Below, piece after piece: positions 1 through 12,199 of a DNA stretch of 64,000 nucleotides; position 1 is the stretch's first letter, and each line of letters begins with the position of its first letter. The notes below the pieces were generated by a model, which was given only the letters and a program-made list of their open reading frames with translations, ran no database searches and was not told the DNA's origin. The position numbers and the translations under genes were made by a program. Source of the stretch: Hemiscyllium ocellatum. Lineage: Eukaryota. The stretch is from NCBI RefSeq assembly GCF_020745735.1, contig NC_083409.1:14975873-15039872 (forward strand). Reading direction: 5' to 3'.

Positions 1-504
1 GAATCAGGTGGAGCGTGACCAGCTTGCTCAGTAGTGATGCTTCTGAGCAGCTTTTGATGGTGGACTTCGAAGTCCCTTACTCAGGGTATATCCTGCATCA
101 TTCCCATCCTCAGTGCTTCCTCCAAGTGTTGTTCAACATGGAGGAGGACTGACTGCTCAGTTGAGGTTGGAGCGGAGGGCGGTGCTATGTGATAATCAGC
201 AGGAGGTTTCCTTCCCCATGTTTGACCTGCTGTCATGAGGCTTCATGGATTCCATAGTTAATGGTGAGGACTCTCAGGGCAACTCCCTTCCGACTGTATA
301 CACCACTGTGTTTTTTCCCCTGCTTGGTCTATCCTGCCAGTTATAAACTGAATGAGGGAACAATTCTGTGCAGGTTTCACAGCTTGGAGACAGAGCAGCT
401 GCTGGATTCTGTTTCTGATCTCCGAGTGCAGGCGTGTGTGTTTGTGAGAGAATGACTGACACCTTTTCCAAAACTGTGCTGTTTCTGCAAAAAATAAATC
501 CTAG

Positions 505-790
505 AACCAGCCTCCTGTGCTGTCAGATTCCAGGGAGTGCAGATGGTTCACAGTTTTCTCCTGTCTCAGTAACAAACACCCAGCTGCTCTGAGCTCCTTC
601 TTTCTCTTCCTCTTTTGGTGAAGTTTCAACCTTGCGATCTGACAGCCTTTGCAGTTATTTTTTACACTGGGGCTTTCTGCTGTGGTCAGAATCTCTAATA
701 ATAAGTGTCTAATCAGTGACAATCACAGCAGCTAAGAGCAGTCAGGACTGAGGTGCCAGGCTCACTGTGAAACATATTGGGAAGATCAAA
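505..790. promoter_or_regulatory. Candidate B-cell enhancer module, copy 1, inverted (EICE 601-612, CAGCTG 581-586, kB-like GGGGCTTTCT 669-678, RUNX TGTGGT 681-686)
   Basis: Reverse-complement match to 22700-22995 with all four motifs retained. Confidence 0.5.
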
Positions 791-1260
791 GCCATCCTCT
801 TCAGATTCTGGTATAAACTCCATCCCTCTCCCTGAGCACTGTCTGCTGCTCAACCAGACTCTTTACAAACTGGGTCTCATGTTTGAGAATGATCTAAGCC
901 CCATATCTTCCATATCACAAAGATCAGCCACTGAAAATCTCAGCCAGGTTTATGGGGCTCCAAACATGACCATTCCAATGGCTGATGCACATCACAGCCA
1001 CTGCCCTCCGTATCCTTCAGCTCATCCAAAATTATGCAGCCCGTATCCAAACTTGCACCAAGTCCCGTTCCCACAACCCCCTGCACCTCGTGCCTATATT
1101 GGCTCCTGGTCAAGCAACACCTCGATTTTCAAATTCTCATCGTTGTTCTCAAATCCCTCTCTGCCCTCCACTCTCCCTATCTCTGTAACCTCCTCCAAGC
1201 TGCCTCACTCCGTGTGGTCAGCAATCTTGGATAATTGGCTCTCTATTCCTTCATCCAAGT
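790..1260 (+). mobile_element. L2 LINE ORF2 3' fragment
   Basis: Degenerate LHWLPV/IDFKIL-like L2 C-terminal coding sequence. Inverted paralog at about 22310-22700. Confidence 0.6.
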
Positions 1261-1399
1261 CATTGAGAAATATCGTGAAATACTGAGGCCCCTGCACAAA
1301 TCCCTGGGGACACCACTATTCACATCTTGTTTATTGGAGAGCATTATCCCTCTTCTCTGTCTCCTACCTCCAAACTAATTCCTAACCAAAGACAAATAC

Positions 1400-2275
1400 T
1401 TTTCTATCACTGTCTTGATGATAGGAAGCAGAGGTAATATTGGAAGGATGCTTGTCAGACTGGAGGCCTGTGTTGAGTGGAGTGCCTCAGGGCTCAGTGC
1501 TGGCCCCATTACTGTTTGTTATCAATATTAATGATTTGGATGAGAAACTGTAAGGCATGATTAGTAAGTTTGATGTGCAGGTCAGGTGAATTGGCCATGT
1601 TAAATTGGCCATAGTCTAAGGTACATTAGTCAGTGGGAAATGGGTCTAGGTGGGTTACTCTTCAGAGGATTGGTGTGGATTGGTTGGACCGAAGACCTGT
1701 TTCCACACTGGAGGGAATCTAATCTCTAATCTTGTACAGGATGTCAGTGAGGTCGCACTTGGAATATTGTATTCAGTTTGGTCACCTTGTTATAGGAAGG
1801 ATATTACTAAACCAGAAAGAGCACAGAAGAAATTTACAAGGATGTTGCCTGGACTCAACATATAGGGAGAAGTTAGGCAAGTTAGGACTTTTTTCTTAGA
1901 GTGTAAGAGACTGGTTGGGAAACCTTTAGAAGTGTATAAGATCATGAGAGACATGGATAGGTTTGGAGAATCGAGGATGAGAGGGCATCAGTTTAGTGTT
2001 AGAGAGAAATGAATAAAAGGGAACCTGAGGGGCAACATTTTTACACAGAGGGTGGCACGCATGTGGAATGAGATGCCAGCTGAAGTGATTGAGGTGGATA
2101 CATTAACAATATTTAAAAGACATTTGAACAAATACATAGATAGGAAAACATTTGAAGGATATGGGCCAAGTGCAGGGAAATGGGGTTAGCATGGATGGAA
2201 ATTTTGGTCAGCACGGTCCATTTTGGGCCAAAGGGCCTGTGTCTGTGCTGTAGGACTCGATGGCTCTAAGACTCT
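1400..2275 (+). mobile_element. CR1 LINE 3' fragment with an internal SINE piece (~1575-1735)
   Basis: Degenerate VPQGSVLGP, LEYCVQFWSP and FTRMLPG motifs, followed by a CR1 3' tail. Confidence 0.8.
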
Positions 2276-2309
2276 ATAATTCCATATGTTTCCATGTTTA
2301 TGAACAGTC

Positions 2310-3595
2310 TCTCAAACATAGAAACAAAGGAACTAGGAGCAAGAGGAAGCCATTCAGCCCTTCGAGTTGGCTCTGCCATTCAATATGACTACGGCTGATC
2401 ATCCAACTTAGTCCCCTGCTCCCATTTTTTCTCCATAAAATTTATCCCCTTTAGTCCTAAGAAAATACTTATCCTCTCTTGAAAATATTGAATGTTTTGG
2501 TCTCAACTGCTTTCTGTGATAGAACATTCCACGAGCTTCCCAGTCTCTGGCTAAAGAAATGTCTCCTCAGCTCAGTCTGAAATAACCTTTCCCTTTTCTT
2601 TAAACCATAATTCGTAGTTCTGGATTCCCCAGTCATCAGGAACATCCTCCCTGTGTTGTTCTAGTCTTGTCCTGTTCGGATTTTCAAGGTTACAATATGA
2701 TTCCTTTCAATCTTCTAAGTGCCAATGAATATAATCCTAACTGATCCAGTTTCTCATCAGATCTAAGTGCTGTCTTCCCAGGAATCAGTCTGGTAAACCT
2801 TCACTGCCCTCCCCCCACAGCCAGAACATCCTTCCTCAGTTAAGGAGCCTGAAACTACCCACGACAGAATCAGAAAATCACACAGTACAGAGGAGGCCCT
2901 TCAGTTCATTAACTGTGTACCAGCCACACTACACTAAACCTATACCAGTCCCACTTTCCAACATGAGGCCCACAGCTTGAATGTTATGACATTTCAACTG
3001 CTCACCCAAGTACATTTTAAACTTTGTGAGGTTTCCCACCTCAACTCCCCTCTCAGGCTGTGCATTCCAGATGCACACCAACCTCTGGATGAAAAACATT
3101 TTCCTTAAAACATCTTGAAGCCTCCTAGCTTTCACATTGAATGTGAGTCAACTTGTTATTGACCCTCCCAAGAAGGAGAACAGCTGCTTTCTCACCTCCC
3201 TGCCAATTCCCCTCATAACCTTATACACCTCTATCAGGTCCCCCCTCCACCTTCTCTGCTCTGAAGAAAACAACCCGAGCTGATCCAATTTCTCTTCATC
3301 ACTGCGAGGTTCCATCCCACACAACATCCTGGTGATTCCCCTCTGCACCCCAACCAGTGCAATCACATCCTTCCTACAGTGTGGTGACCTGAACTGCACA
3401 CAGTACTCCAGCTGTGGCCTAACCAATGTTCTGCTTAACTGCACCATATCCTCCTGCTTTTATAACCAATACCTGACATGACAAAGCCAAGTGTCCCCTA
3501 TGCCTTCATAACTGCTCTGTTAACCTGTCTTGCCATATTCAGGGATCAGTGGAGAAGCACCCAAGATCACTCTGTTCCTTTGAGCTTCCTCAGTT
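2310..3595 (-). mobile_element. Stacked CR1 3' fragments
   Basis: ORFs 2929-3135 and 3148-3447 resemble the CR1 ORF2 C-terminus (RPQLEYCVQF, RGDLIEVYK). Confidence 0.8.
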
Positions 3596-3599
3596 CAAA

Positions 3600-6500
3600 G
3601 AACAAAGAGCAACGAAAATTACAGCACAAGAACTGGCCCTTCGGCCCTACTCGCCTGCACTGGTCCATATCCTCCATCTAAACCTGTCATCAATTTTCCA
3701 AGGGTCTGTCTCCCTTTGCTCCCTGCCCATCCATGTATCTATCTAGATATATCTTAAACGATGCTATTGTACCTGCCTCTACCACCTCCACTGGCAACAT
3801 GCTCCAGGATCAATCACTTTCTGTGTGAAGAACTTTCCATACATATCTCCCTTAAATATTTCCACTCTCACCTTGAACTCATGACCCCCGAGTAATTGAG
3901 TCCCCCACTCTGGGAAAAAGCTTCTTGCTATCCACCCTGTCTATATCTCTCATGATTTTGTAGACCCCAATCAGGTCCCCCCTCAACATTTGACTTTCTA
4001 ATGAAAATAATCCTAATCTACTAAGTCTCTCTTCATAGCTCGTGCCCTCCACACCAGGCAATCCTGGTGAACCTCCTCTACACCCTCTCCAAAGCATCCA
4101 CATCTTTCTGGTAATGTGGCAACCAGAACTGTACGCAGTATTCCAAATGTGGCCAAGCCAAAGTCTGATATAATTCTAATATGACCTTCCAACTCTTGTA
4201 CTGAATACCACGTCTGGTGAAGGAAGATGTGCCATATGCCTTCTTGACCACTCTGTCGACCTGTGTTGTCACCTCCAGGGTACAATGGACCTGAACACCC
4301 AGGTCGCTCTGGGCATCAATTTTCCCAGGGTGTTCCATTCACCGTACAGTTTACTCCAGATTTGGATCTTCCAAAATTCATCAGATCGCATTTGCCTGGT
4401 TTGAACTCCATCCATCCGTTTCTCTGCCCAACTGTCCAATCTGTCTATATTCTGCTACATTCTCTGACAGTCCACTTCACTATCTGCTACTCCACCAATA
4501 TTAGTGTCATCTGCAAACTTGCTAATCAGACCACCTATACCTTCCTCCAGATCATTTATGGAGATCAAAAACAAGAGCGGTACCAGCACGGATTCCTGTT
4601 CTCCATTTTGAGAAAGTACTCCCACCACTACTGTCTGTCTTCTGTTGCCCAACCTGTTCTCTACCCATCTAGTGAGTACACTCTGGACCCCATGCGACTT
4701 AAATTTCTTTATCAGGCTAGCATGGGGAACTTTATCAAACACCTTACTGAAGTCCATGCGTATGACATCCACAGCCCATCCCTCCTCAATCAACTTCATC
4801 AGTTCTTCAAAAAAATCTATAAAGTTGGTAAGACATGACATTCCCTGCACAACTTCATGCTGCCTATAACTGATAAGTCAATTTTCTTCCAAAAGTAAAT
4901 AGATCTTATCCCTCAGTATCTTCTCCAGCAGCTTCCCTACCACTACATCAGGCTCACTGGTTGATAGTTACCTGGATTATCCTGGCTACCCTTCTTAAAC
5001 ATTAGTAATTCTCCAGTCCTCTGGGACCCTCATCCATGTTCAGGGTTGCTACAAAGATATCGATTAAGGCCCCAGCTATTTCCTCTCTTGCTTCCCTCAG
5101 TAAGCTGGGATCGATCCCATCCTGACCTGGGGACTTGTTCACCTTGATGCCTTTTAAAATACCCAACACTTCCTCCCTACTTAAATCGACTTGACCTTGA
5201 GTAATCAAACACCTATCCCCAACTTCAACATCTGTCATTTCCCTCTCCTTGGTGAATACCGACGTAAAGCACTCATTAAGAATCTCATCCATTTTCTGAC
5301 TCCACACATAACTTTCCTCCTTTATCCTTGAGTGGGCCAACCCTTTCTCGAGTCATCCTCTTGCTCCTTATGTATGAATAAAAGGATTTGGGATTTTCCT
5401 TAATGATATTTTGTGACCCCTTTAGCCCTTTTAATTCCTCACTTCAGATTGGTCCTACTTTCACGATATTCTTCCAAAGCTTTGTCTGTTTTCAGCCACT
5501 TAGACCTTATGTATGCATCCTTTTTCCTCTTAGCTAGTCTCACAATTTCATCTGTCATCCAGCGTTTCCTAATCATGCCATTTCAATCCTTTATTTTCAC
5601 AGGGACATGTCTGTCCTGACTCTAGTCAACCTCTCTTTAAAAGCCACCCACATATCAAATGTGGATTTCCCTTTAAACAGCTGCTCCCAATCCACATTCC
5701 CCAGCTCCTTCCAAATTTTGGGATAGTTGGCCTTCCTCCACTTTAGCCCTCTTCCTTTAGGACCACTCTCATCTTTATCCATGAGCATTCTAAAACGTAT
5801 GGAATTGTGATCATTCTTCCAAAGTAATCCCCGACTGAAATTTCAATCACCTGGCCGGGCTCATTCCCCAACACCAGCCCAGTATGGCCCCTTCCTAAGT
5901 TAGATTACTTCCACATTACTCTGTGAAATCCTCCTGGATGCTTCTTACAAATTCTGCTCCATCTTAACTTCTAACATGAAGTGAATCCCAGTCAATGTTG
6001 GGAAAATTAAAATCTTCCATCACCACCACCTTGTTACTCCTACATCTTTCCATAATCTGTTTACATATTTGTACCTCTATCTCACGTTCACTGTTAGGAG
6101 ACTTGTAGGATAGCACCAACATTGTTACTGCATCCTTCCTGTTTCTGACCTCTGCCCATATTGCCCTACTGCTTGAGTCCTCCATAGTGCCCTCCTTCAC
6201 CACACCTGTGATATTCTCTCTGACCAGTAATGCAACTCCTCCATCCCTTTTACTTCCCTCTCGAACGCATCTGATACATCTGTATCCTGGGATATTTAGT
6301 TGCCAATCTTGCCATTCCCTCAACCACGTCTCAGTAATAGCAATAACATCATACTCCCAGATACTAGTCCAAGCCCTAAATTCCTCTGCCTTACCTACTA
6401 CGCTTCTCACATTAAAACAAATGCATCTCAGACCATCTGTCCCTTTGCGTTCATCATCTGCTCCCTACCTACTCTTAACCTTAGTCACACTGACTTCAAT

Positions 6501-7060
6501 ATCTCGTTCCTGACAGGCTTTAGTTACTCCCTCCTTATTGCCCACTAACCTCCTCATTTGGTTCCCATCCCTCTGCTACACTATTTTGAACCCTCCCCAA
6601 GAGCGTGATCAAACATATCCCACAGGACACTGGTTCCAGTCCTGCCCAGGTGTAGACCGCTCAATTTGTAATTGTCCCACCTCCCCAGGAACCAGTCCCA
6701 ATGTCCCAAAAATCTGAACCCTCCCTCCTGCACCATCTCTCAAGCCACGCATTCACCCTGCCTATATTTTCATTTCGACTCTGACTAGCACATGGCACTG
6801 GGAGCAATCCTGAGATTACTACCTCTGAGATCCTACATTTTAATATGGTTCCTCACTCCATAAATTCTGCTTGTAGGACCCCATTCCATTTATTACGATA
6901 TCATCAGTCCCTTCATGCACTATCACAGCTAGCTGTTCACCCACCCCTTCAGAATGTCCTGCAGCCGATCTGAGACATCCCTGAGCTGTACAACTGGGAG
7001 GCAACATGCTATTCGTGAGTCTTGTTTTTGACCACAGAACCGCCGATCTATTCCCCTTAC
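3600..7060 (-). mobile_element. Near full-length decayed CR1 (ORF1 esterase remnant, APE endonuclease 5964-6410, RT 4455-4850)
   Basis: DVIAITETWL endonuclease motif, CLTN...DFSK...KFADD RT motifs, multiple frameshifts. Confidence 0.88.
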
Positions 7061-7949
7061 ACAGTCCAAACAAACCATATCCATGGGCCCCCACCTTATC
7101 AAATCTACTCACTACATCCTCAAACAATTCCAGTCGATTTTTTAAGCATGATTTCCCTTTCGACAATTCATGCCGACTCTGTCCAGTTCTGCCACTGTTT
7201 TCAAAGTGCTAAGCTATAAAATATTTTATAATGAACTTAAGCATTTTCTCCACTGCTGACTTCTGGCTAATTGGTCTAAAATTTCTTATTTTCCCTCTCT
7301 CTCTCTCTCTCTCTTTCAATAGGCGTGTTAAATTAACTCCCTCCATTTTGTAGGACCTATTCCACAGTCGACAAACAGATAACCATCAATATTTCTCGTA
7401 TTTTACAACCACTTCCTGAAGCACTCCTGAAAATAGATTATTTGGCCCTCCTGATTTAAGACATTCTAATTTACCCAGAACCATTTTTCTCCAACAACTG
7501 ACTTCCCTCAGCTCCTTCCTCTGATAAAACCCCAAGTTCACCAACGTGTCTGAGATTTATTTGAGAATTCATTTGTGCAGAAAGATCCAGAATATGTTTA
7601 TCTGTCATCTCTTTGTTCCAACGATAACATTATAACACTTGTGCAGAACTTCCTTGAATGTCATCTGGACGTCCATATAAACAACACATTCCCTTATCTC
7701 ACACATTAGTGACCTCGTTAAAACATGTAACCAGGTTAGTTAAAGATGTCTGACCCTTTTTAATCCATGCTGACTTACTCTGATCTGTTCACATTTGTCA
7801 GACATTCTGTCTCTAAACAGATTTAATTACTTCCCAACAATAGACGTTCAACAGAGATAAAAACAATGTCTGCAGATGCAGGAAACCAGATTCTGGATGA
7901 GTGGTGCTGGAAGAGCACAGCAGTTCAGGTGGCATCCGAGGAGCAGCGA

Positions 7950-7986
7950 AATCGACGTTTCGGGCTAAAGCCCTTCATCAGGAATA
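7950..7986 (-). ncRNA. Minimal type I hammerhead ribozyme motif in a Penelope pLTR (CUGAUGA-A-GGGC/GCCC-GAAA-C-GUC)
   Basis: Full catalytic core, 4-bp stem II, palindromic ACGU stem III and GUC triplet. Activity is untested. Confidence 0.65.
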
Positions 7987-8304
7987 AAGGCAGTGAGCCT
8001 GAAGTGTGGAGAGATAAGCTAGAGGAGGGTGGGGGTGGGGAGAAAGTAGCATAGAATACAAGCAAATGTGGCTGTGGGAGCGAGTTTGTTTCATGACATG
8101 GTTGAAGAGCTTCTCTCTACAATAATCTCAGGGAGTCCCTCTCCCACTGCAACTCCCAGGTCATTTCCTCTGCCCTGAAGCTCTTCAAACATTTCATGAA
8201 ACAAACTCGCTACCACAGACACATTTGCTTGTACTCTATGCTACTTTCTCCCCACCCCCACCCTCCTCTAGCTTATCCCTCCACGCTTCAGGCTCACTGC
8301 CTTT

Positions 8305-8340
8305 ATTCCTGATGAAGGGCTTATGCCCGAAACATCGATT
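8305..8340 (+). ncRNA. Hammerhead motif in a Penelope pLTR (AUC triplet)
   Basis: CTGATGA at 8309-8315, GGGC-TTAT-GCCC, GAAA at 8329-8332. Confidence 0.55.
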
Positions 8341-8477
8341 TCGCTGCTCCTCGGATGCTGGCTGAATGGCTGTGCTCTTCCAGCACCACTCATCCAGAAT
8401 TCAGTGGAGATGTTCATTGTGAGTGAGGTTAGTAAACAGCTAGTACTGACACAAGGGGCTGAACAGCCTCCTTCTAG

Positions 8478-11400
8478 AGTCATAGAGATGTACAGCATGG
8501 AAACAGACCCTAAGGTCCAACTTGTCCATGCCAACCAGACATCCCAACCCAATCTAGTCCCACCTGCCAACACCTGGCCCAGTTCCCTCCAAACCCTTCC
8601 TATTCATATACCCATTCAGATGCCTTTTAAATGTTGTAATTGTACCAGCCTCTACCACGTCCTCTGGCAGCCCCATTCTGCACTTGCACCACTCTGTGCG
8701 TGAAAAAGTTGCTTCTCAAGTCTCTTTTATATCTTTCCCCTCTTACCCTAAACCCATGCCCTCTATTACTGGACTCCACCAGCTCAGGGAAAAGACTTGG
8801 TCTCTTTGCCCAATCCATGTCCCTCATGATTTTGTAAACCTCTGTAAGGTCACCCCTCAGCAGGGACCTCTGTAAGGTCACACCTCACTCAAGGGAAAAC
8901 ATTCCTAGTCTATTTAACTTCTCCGTATAGCTTAAATCCTCCAACCCTAGTAACATCCTTGTAAATCTTTTCTGAACCCTTTCTAGTTTCACAACATCTT
9001 TCTGATAGGAAGGAGATCAGAATTGAACACAATACTCCAAAAGTGGTTTAGGTGACCTCCCAACACCCATACTCAATTCTCTAATCAATAAAGTAAAGCA
9101 TACCAAATGTCGTCTTCATTATCCTACCTACCTACGACTCTACATTCAAAGAGCTATGAACCTGCACTCCAAGGTCTCTTTGTTCAGCAACACTCCCGAG
9201 AACCTGACCATTAAGTGTATAAGTCCTGCTAAGATTTGCTTTCCTAACTGCAGCACCTTGCATTTATCTGAATTAAACTCCACCTGCCATTCCTCAGCCC
9301 ATTGGCCCATCAGATCAAGATCCTGGTGTAATCTGAGGTAACTTTCTTCGCTGTCCACTACACCTCCAATTTTGGTGTCATTTGCAAACTTACTAACTCT
9401 ACCTCCTATGTTCACATCCAAATCATTTATGTAAATGACAACAAGTAGTTGCCCAGCACCAATCCTTATGACACTCCACTGGTCAGAGACGTCCCGTCTG
9501 AAAAACAACCCTCCACCATCACCCACTGTCTTCTACCTTTGAGCCAGTTCTGTATCCAAATGGCTAGTTCTAACTGTATTCCATGAGATCTAACCTTGCT
9601 AACCAATCTTCCATGGGGAACCTTGTTGAATGTCTTACTGAAGTCCGTACAGATCCAGTCTAATGTTCTGCCCTCATCAATTCTTTCTGTTACTTCTTCA
9701 AAAAACTCAATCAAGTTTGTGAGACATGATTTCCCATGCACAGAACCATGCTGACTATCCCTAATCAGTCTTTGCCTTTCCAAATTTATGGACAATCTGT
9801 CCCTCAGGATTCCTTCCAATAACTTCCTCACAATTGACGTCTGGCTCACTGGTCTACAGTTCCCTGGCTTGTCCTTACCACCTTTCTTAAGTAGTGGCAC
9901 CAATTAGTGAACCTCCAGTCTTCTGGCACATCATTTGTGACTATTGAGGATACAAATATCACAGTAAGAGGCCCAGCAATCACTTCCCTAGCTTCCGACA
10001 GAGTCCTAGGGTATACCTAATTAGGTCTTGGGGATTTATCCACATTTATGCATTTCAAAGACATCTGGCACCTCCTCATCTGTAATATGAACATTTTTCA
10101 AGATATCACCATCTATTTCCCTGCATTCTATATCTTCAATATCCTTCTCCACAGTTAAAGTGAAGCAAAATACTCATTTGGTATCTGCCCCATCTCCTGC
10201 TGCTCCACACAAAGGTCGCCTTGCTGATCTTTGAGGGGCCCTATTCTCTCCTTAGTTACCCTCTTGTCCTTAATGTATTCATAAAACCCCTCTGTATTCT
10301 CCTTAACCCTATTTGCCAAAGCTATCTCATGTTGTTGCCCTCCTGATTTCCATCTTAAGTGTACTCCTACTGCCTTTGTATCCATCTAAGGATTCACTCA
10401 ATCTATCCTGTCTATACCTGGCATATGCTTCATCCTTTTTCTCAACCAAACCCTCAACTTCTCTCATCATCCAATATCCCCTACACCTACCAGCCTTTCC
10501 TTTCACCGTAACTAGAATATACTATCTCTGGGCTCAATTTATCTCATTTCTGAAGGCTTCCTATTTTCCAGCTGTCCCATGACCTGCGAGCAACTGCCCC
10601 CAATCAGCTTTTCAGAGTTCTTGCCTAATACTGGCAAAATTAGCCTTCCTCCAATTTAGAACTCCAACTTCTGGATCTGGTCTATCCTTTTCCTTCACTA
10701 TTTTAAAATGAATAGAATTATGGTCGCTGACCAAAAGTGCTCCTCCACTGACACCTCAGTCACCTGCCCTGCATTATTTCCAAGGTTGAGCTTTGCACCG
10801 TCTCTAGTAGGTACATCCACATTCTGAATCAGAAAATTGTATTGTACGCACTTAACAAATTCCTCTACATCTAAACCCTTCACACTATAGCAGTCACAGT
10901 CTATGTTTGGAAAGTTAAAATCCCCTCCTATAACCACCCCATTATTCTTACTGATAACTGAAATCTCCTTACAAATTTGTTTGTCAATTTCCCGCTGACT
11001 ACTGGAGGGGAGCTATATTATAATCCCAACAAGGTGATCATCCCCTTCTTTTTTCTCAGTTCCATCCGAATAACTTCCCTGGATGTATTTCTGGGAATAT
11101 CCTCCCTAAGTACAGCTGTAATGCTATCCCTTATCAAAAATGCCACTCTCCCTCCTCTTGTGCCTCCCTTTCTGTCCTTCCTGTAGCATTTGTATCCTAG
11201 AACATTAAACAGCCAGTCCTGCCCATCCCTGAACCATGTTTCTGTAATTGCTATGATATCCCAGTCCCATGATCCTAACCACGCCCCATGTTCATCTTCC
11301 TTCCCTGTTGGGCCTCTTGCACTGAAATAAATGCAGTTTAATTTATCAGTCTTACCTTGTTCTCTGCTTTGTCCCCGCCTGCCCTGACTGATTGACTTGC

Positions 11401-12170
11401 CTTTGTTCTCAACTTTACCAATCTCAGGTTGAAATCTCTCCTCACTATCTCCCTGGGTCCCACCCGCCCACCTTACTAGTTTAAATCCTCCCGAGCAGCT
11501 CTAGCAAATCTCCCTGCCAGTATATTAGTCCCCTTCCAATTTAGTGCAATCTGTCCTTCTTGTACAGGTCACTTCTACCTCAAAACAGCTTCCAAAGATC
11601 TAAAAATGTGAATCCTTCTCCCATACACCAGCTCCTCAGCCATGCATTCATCTGCTCTATCCTCCTGTTCCTGCCCTCACTAGCTCATAGCACCAGTAGT
11701 AATTCAGATATTACTACTCTTGAGGACCTCCTTTTTTAAATTCCTGCCTAACTCTCTGCAATCTCCCTTCAGAATCTCAACCTTTTCCCTTCCTATGTCA
11801 TTGGTTCCAAAGTGTACAAGACCTCCTGCTGGTCTCTCTCCACTTAAGAACATTCTGCACCCTCCCGGAGACATCTTTGATCCTGGCACCAGGGAAGCAA
11901 CACACCATTCTGATTTTTTACTGCTGGCCACTGAAATGTCTGTCTGTACCTCGGGCTAGAGAGTCCCCTAACACAGTCGATTGTTTGGAACCCGACGTAC
12001 CTCCCATTACATTAGAGCCAGTGTCAATACCAGAAACTTGGCTGCTCATGCTAAGTACCCCTGAGTTTCCATCACCCCCTACATTTTCCAAAACAGCATA
12101 CTTGTTTGAAATGGGAATAACCACAGAAGACTCCTGCACTACTTGCCTACCTCTCTTGCCTTTCCTGGAG
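8478..12170 (-). mobile_element. Near full-length decayed CR1 (ORF1 SGNH-esterase region 11700-12170, ORF2 fragments)
   Basis: VHFGTNDIG (ORF1), GDFNFPNID (EN), SCLTNLIEFFEEV and SKFAND (RT). Confidence 0.88.
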
Positions 12171-12199
12171 TTATGGTAAGAGCCCATGGGATCCAAGGC

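Noticed and set aside
731-769. CACTGTG at 763-769 as a J-type RSS
   Set aside because: No GGTTTTTGT-like nonamer at either spacing and no J sequence follows.
4263-4838. Long plus-strand ORFs opposite CR1 RT (also 18862-19383)
   Set aside because: Antisense shadow frames of LINE ORF2.
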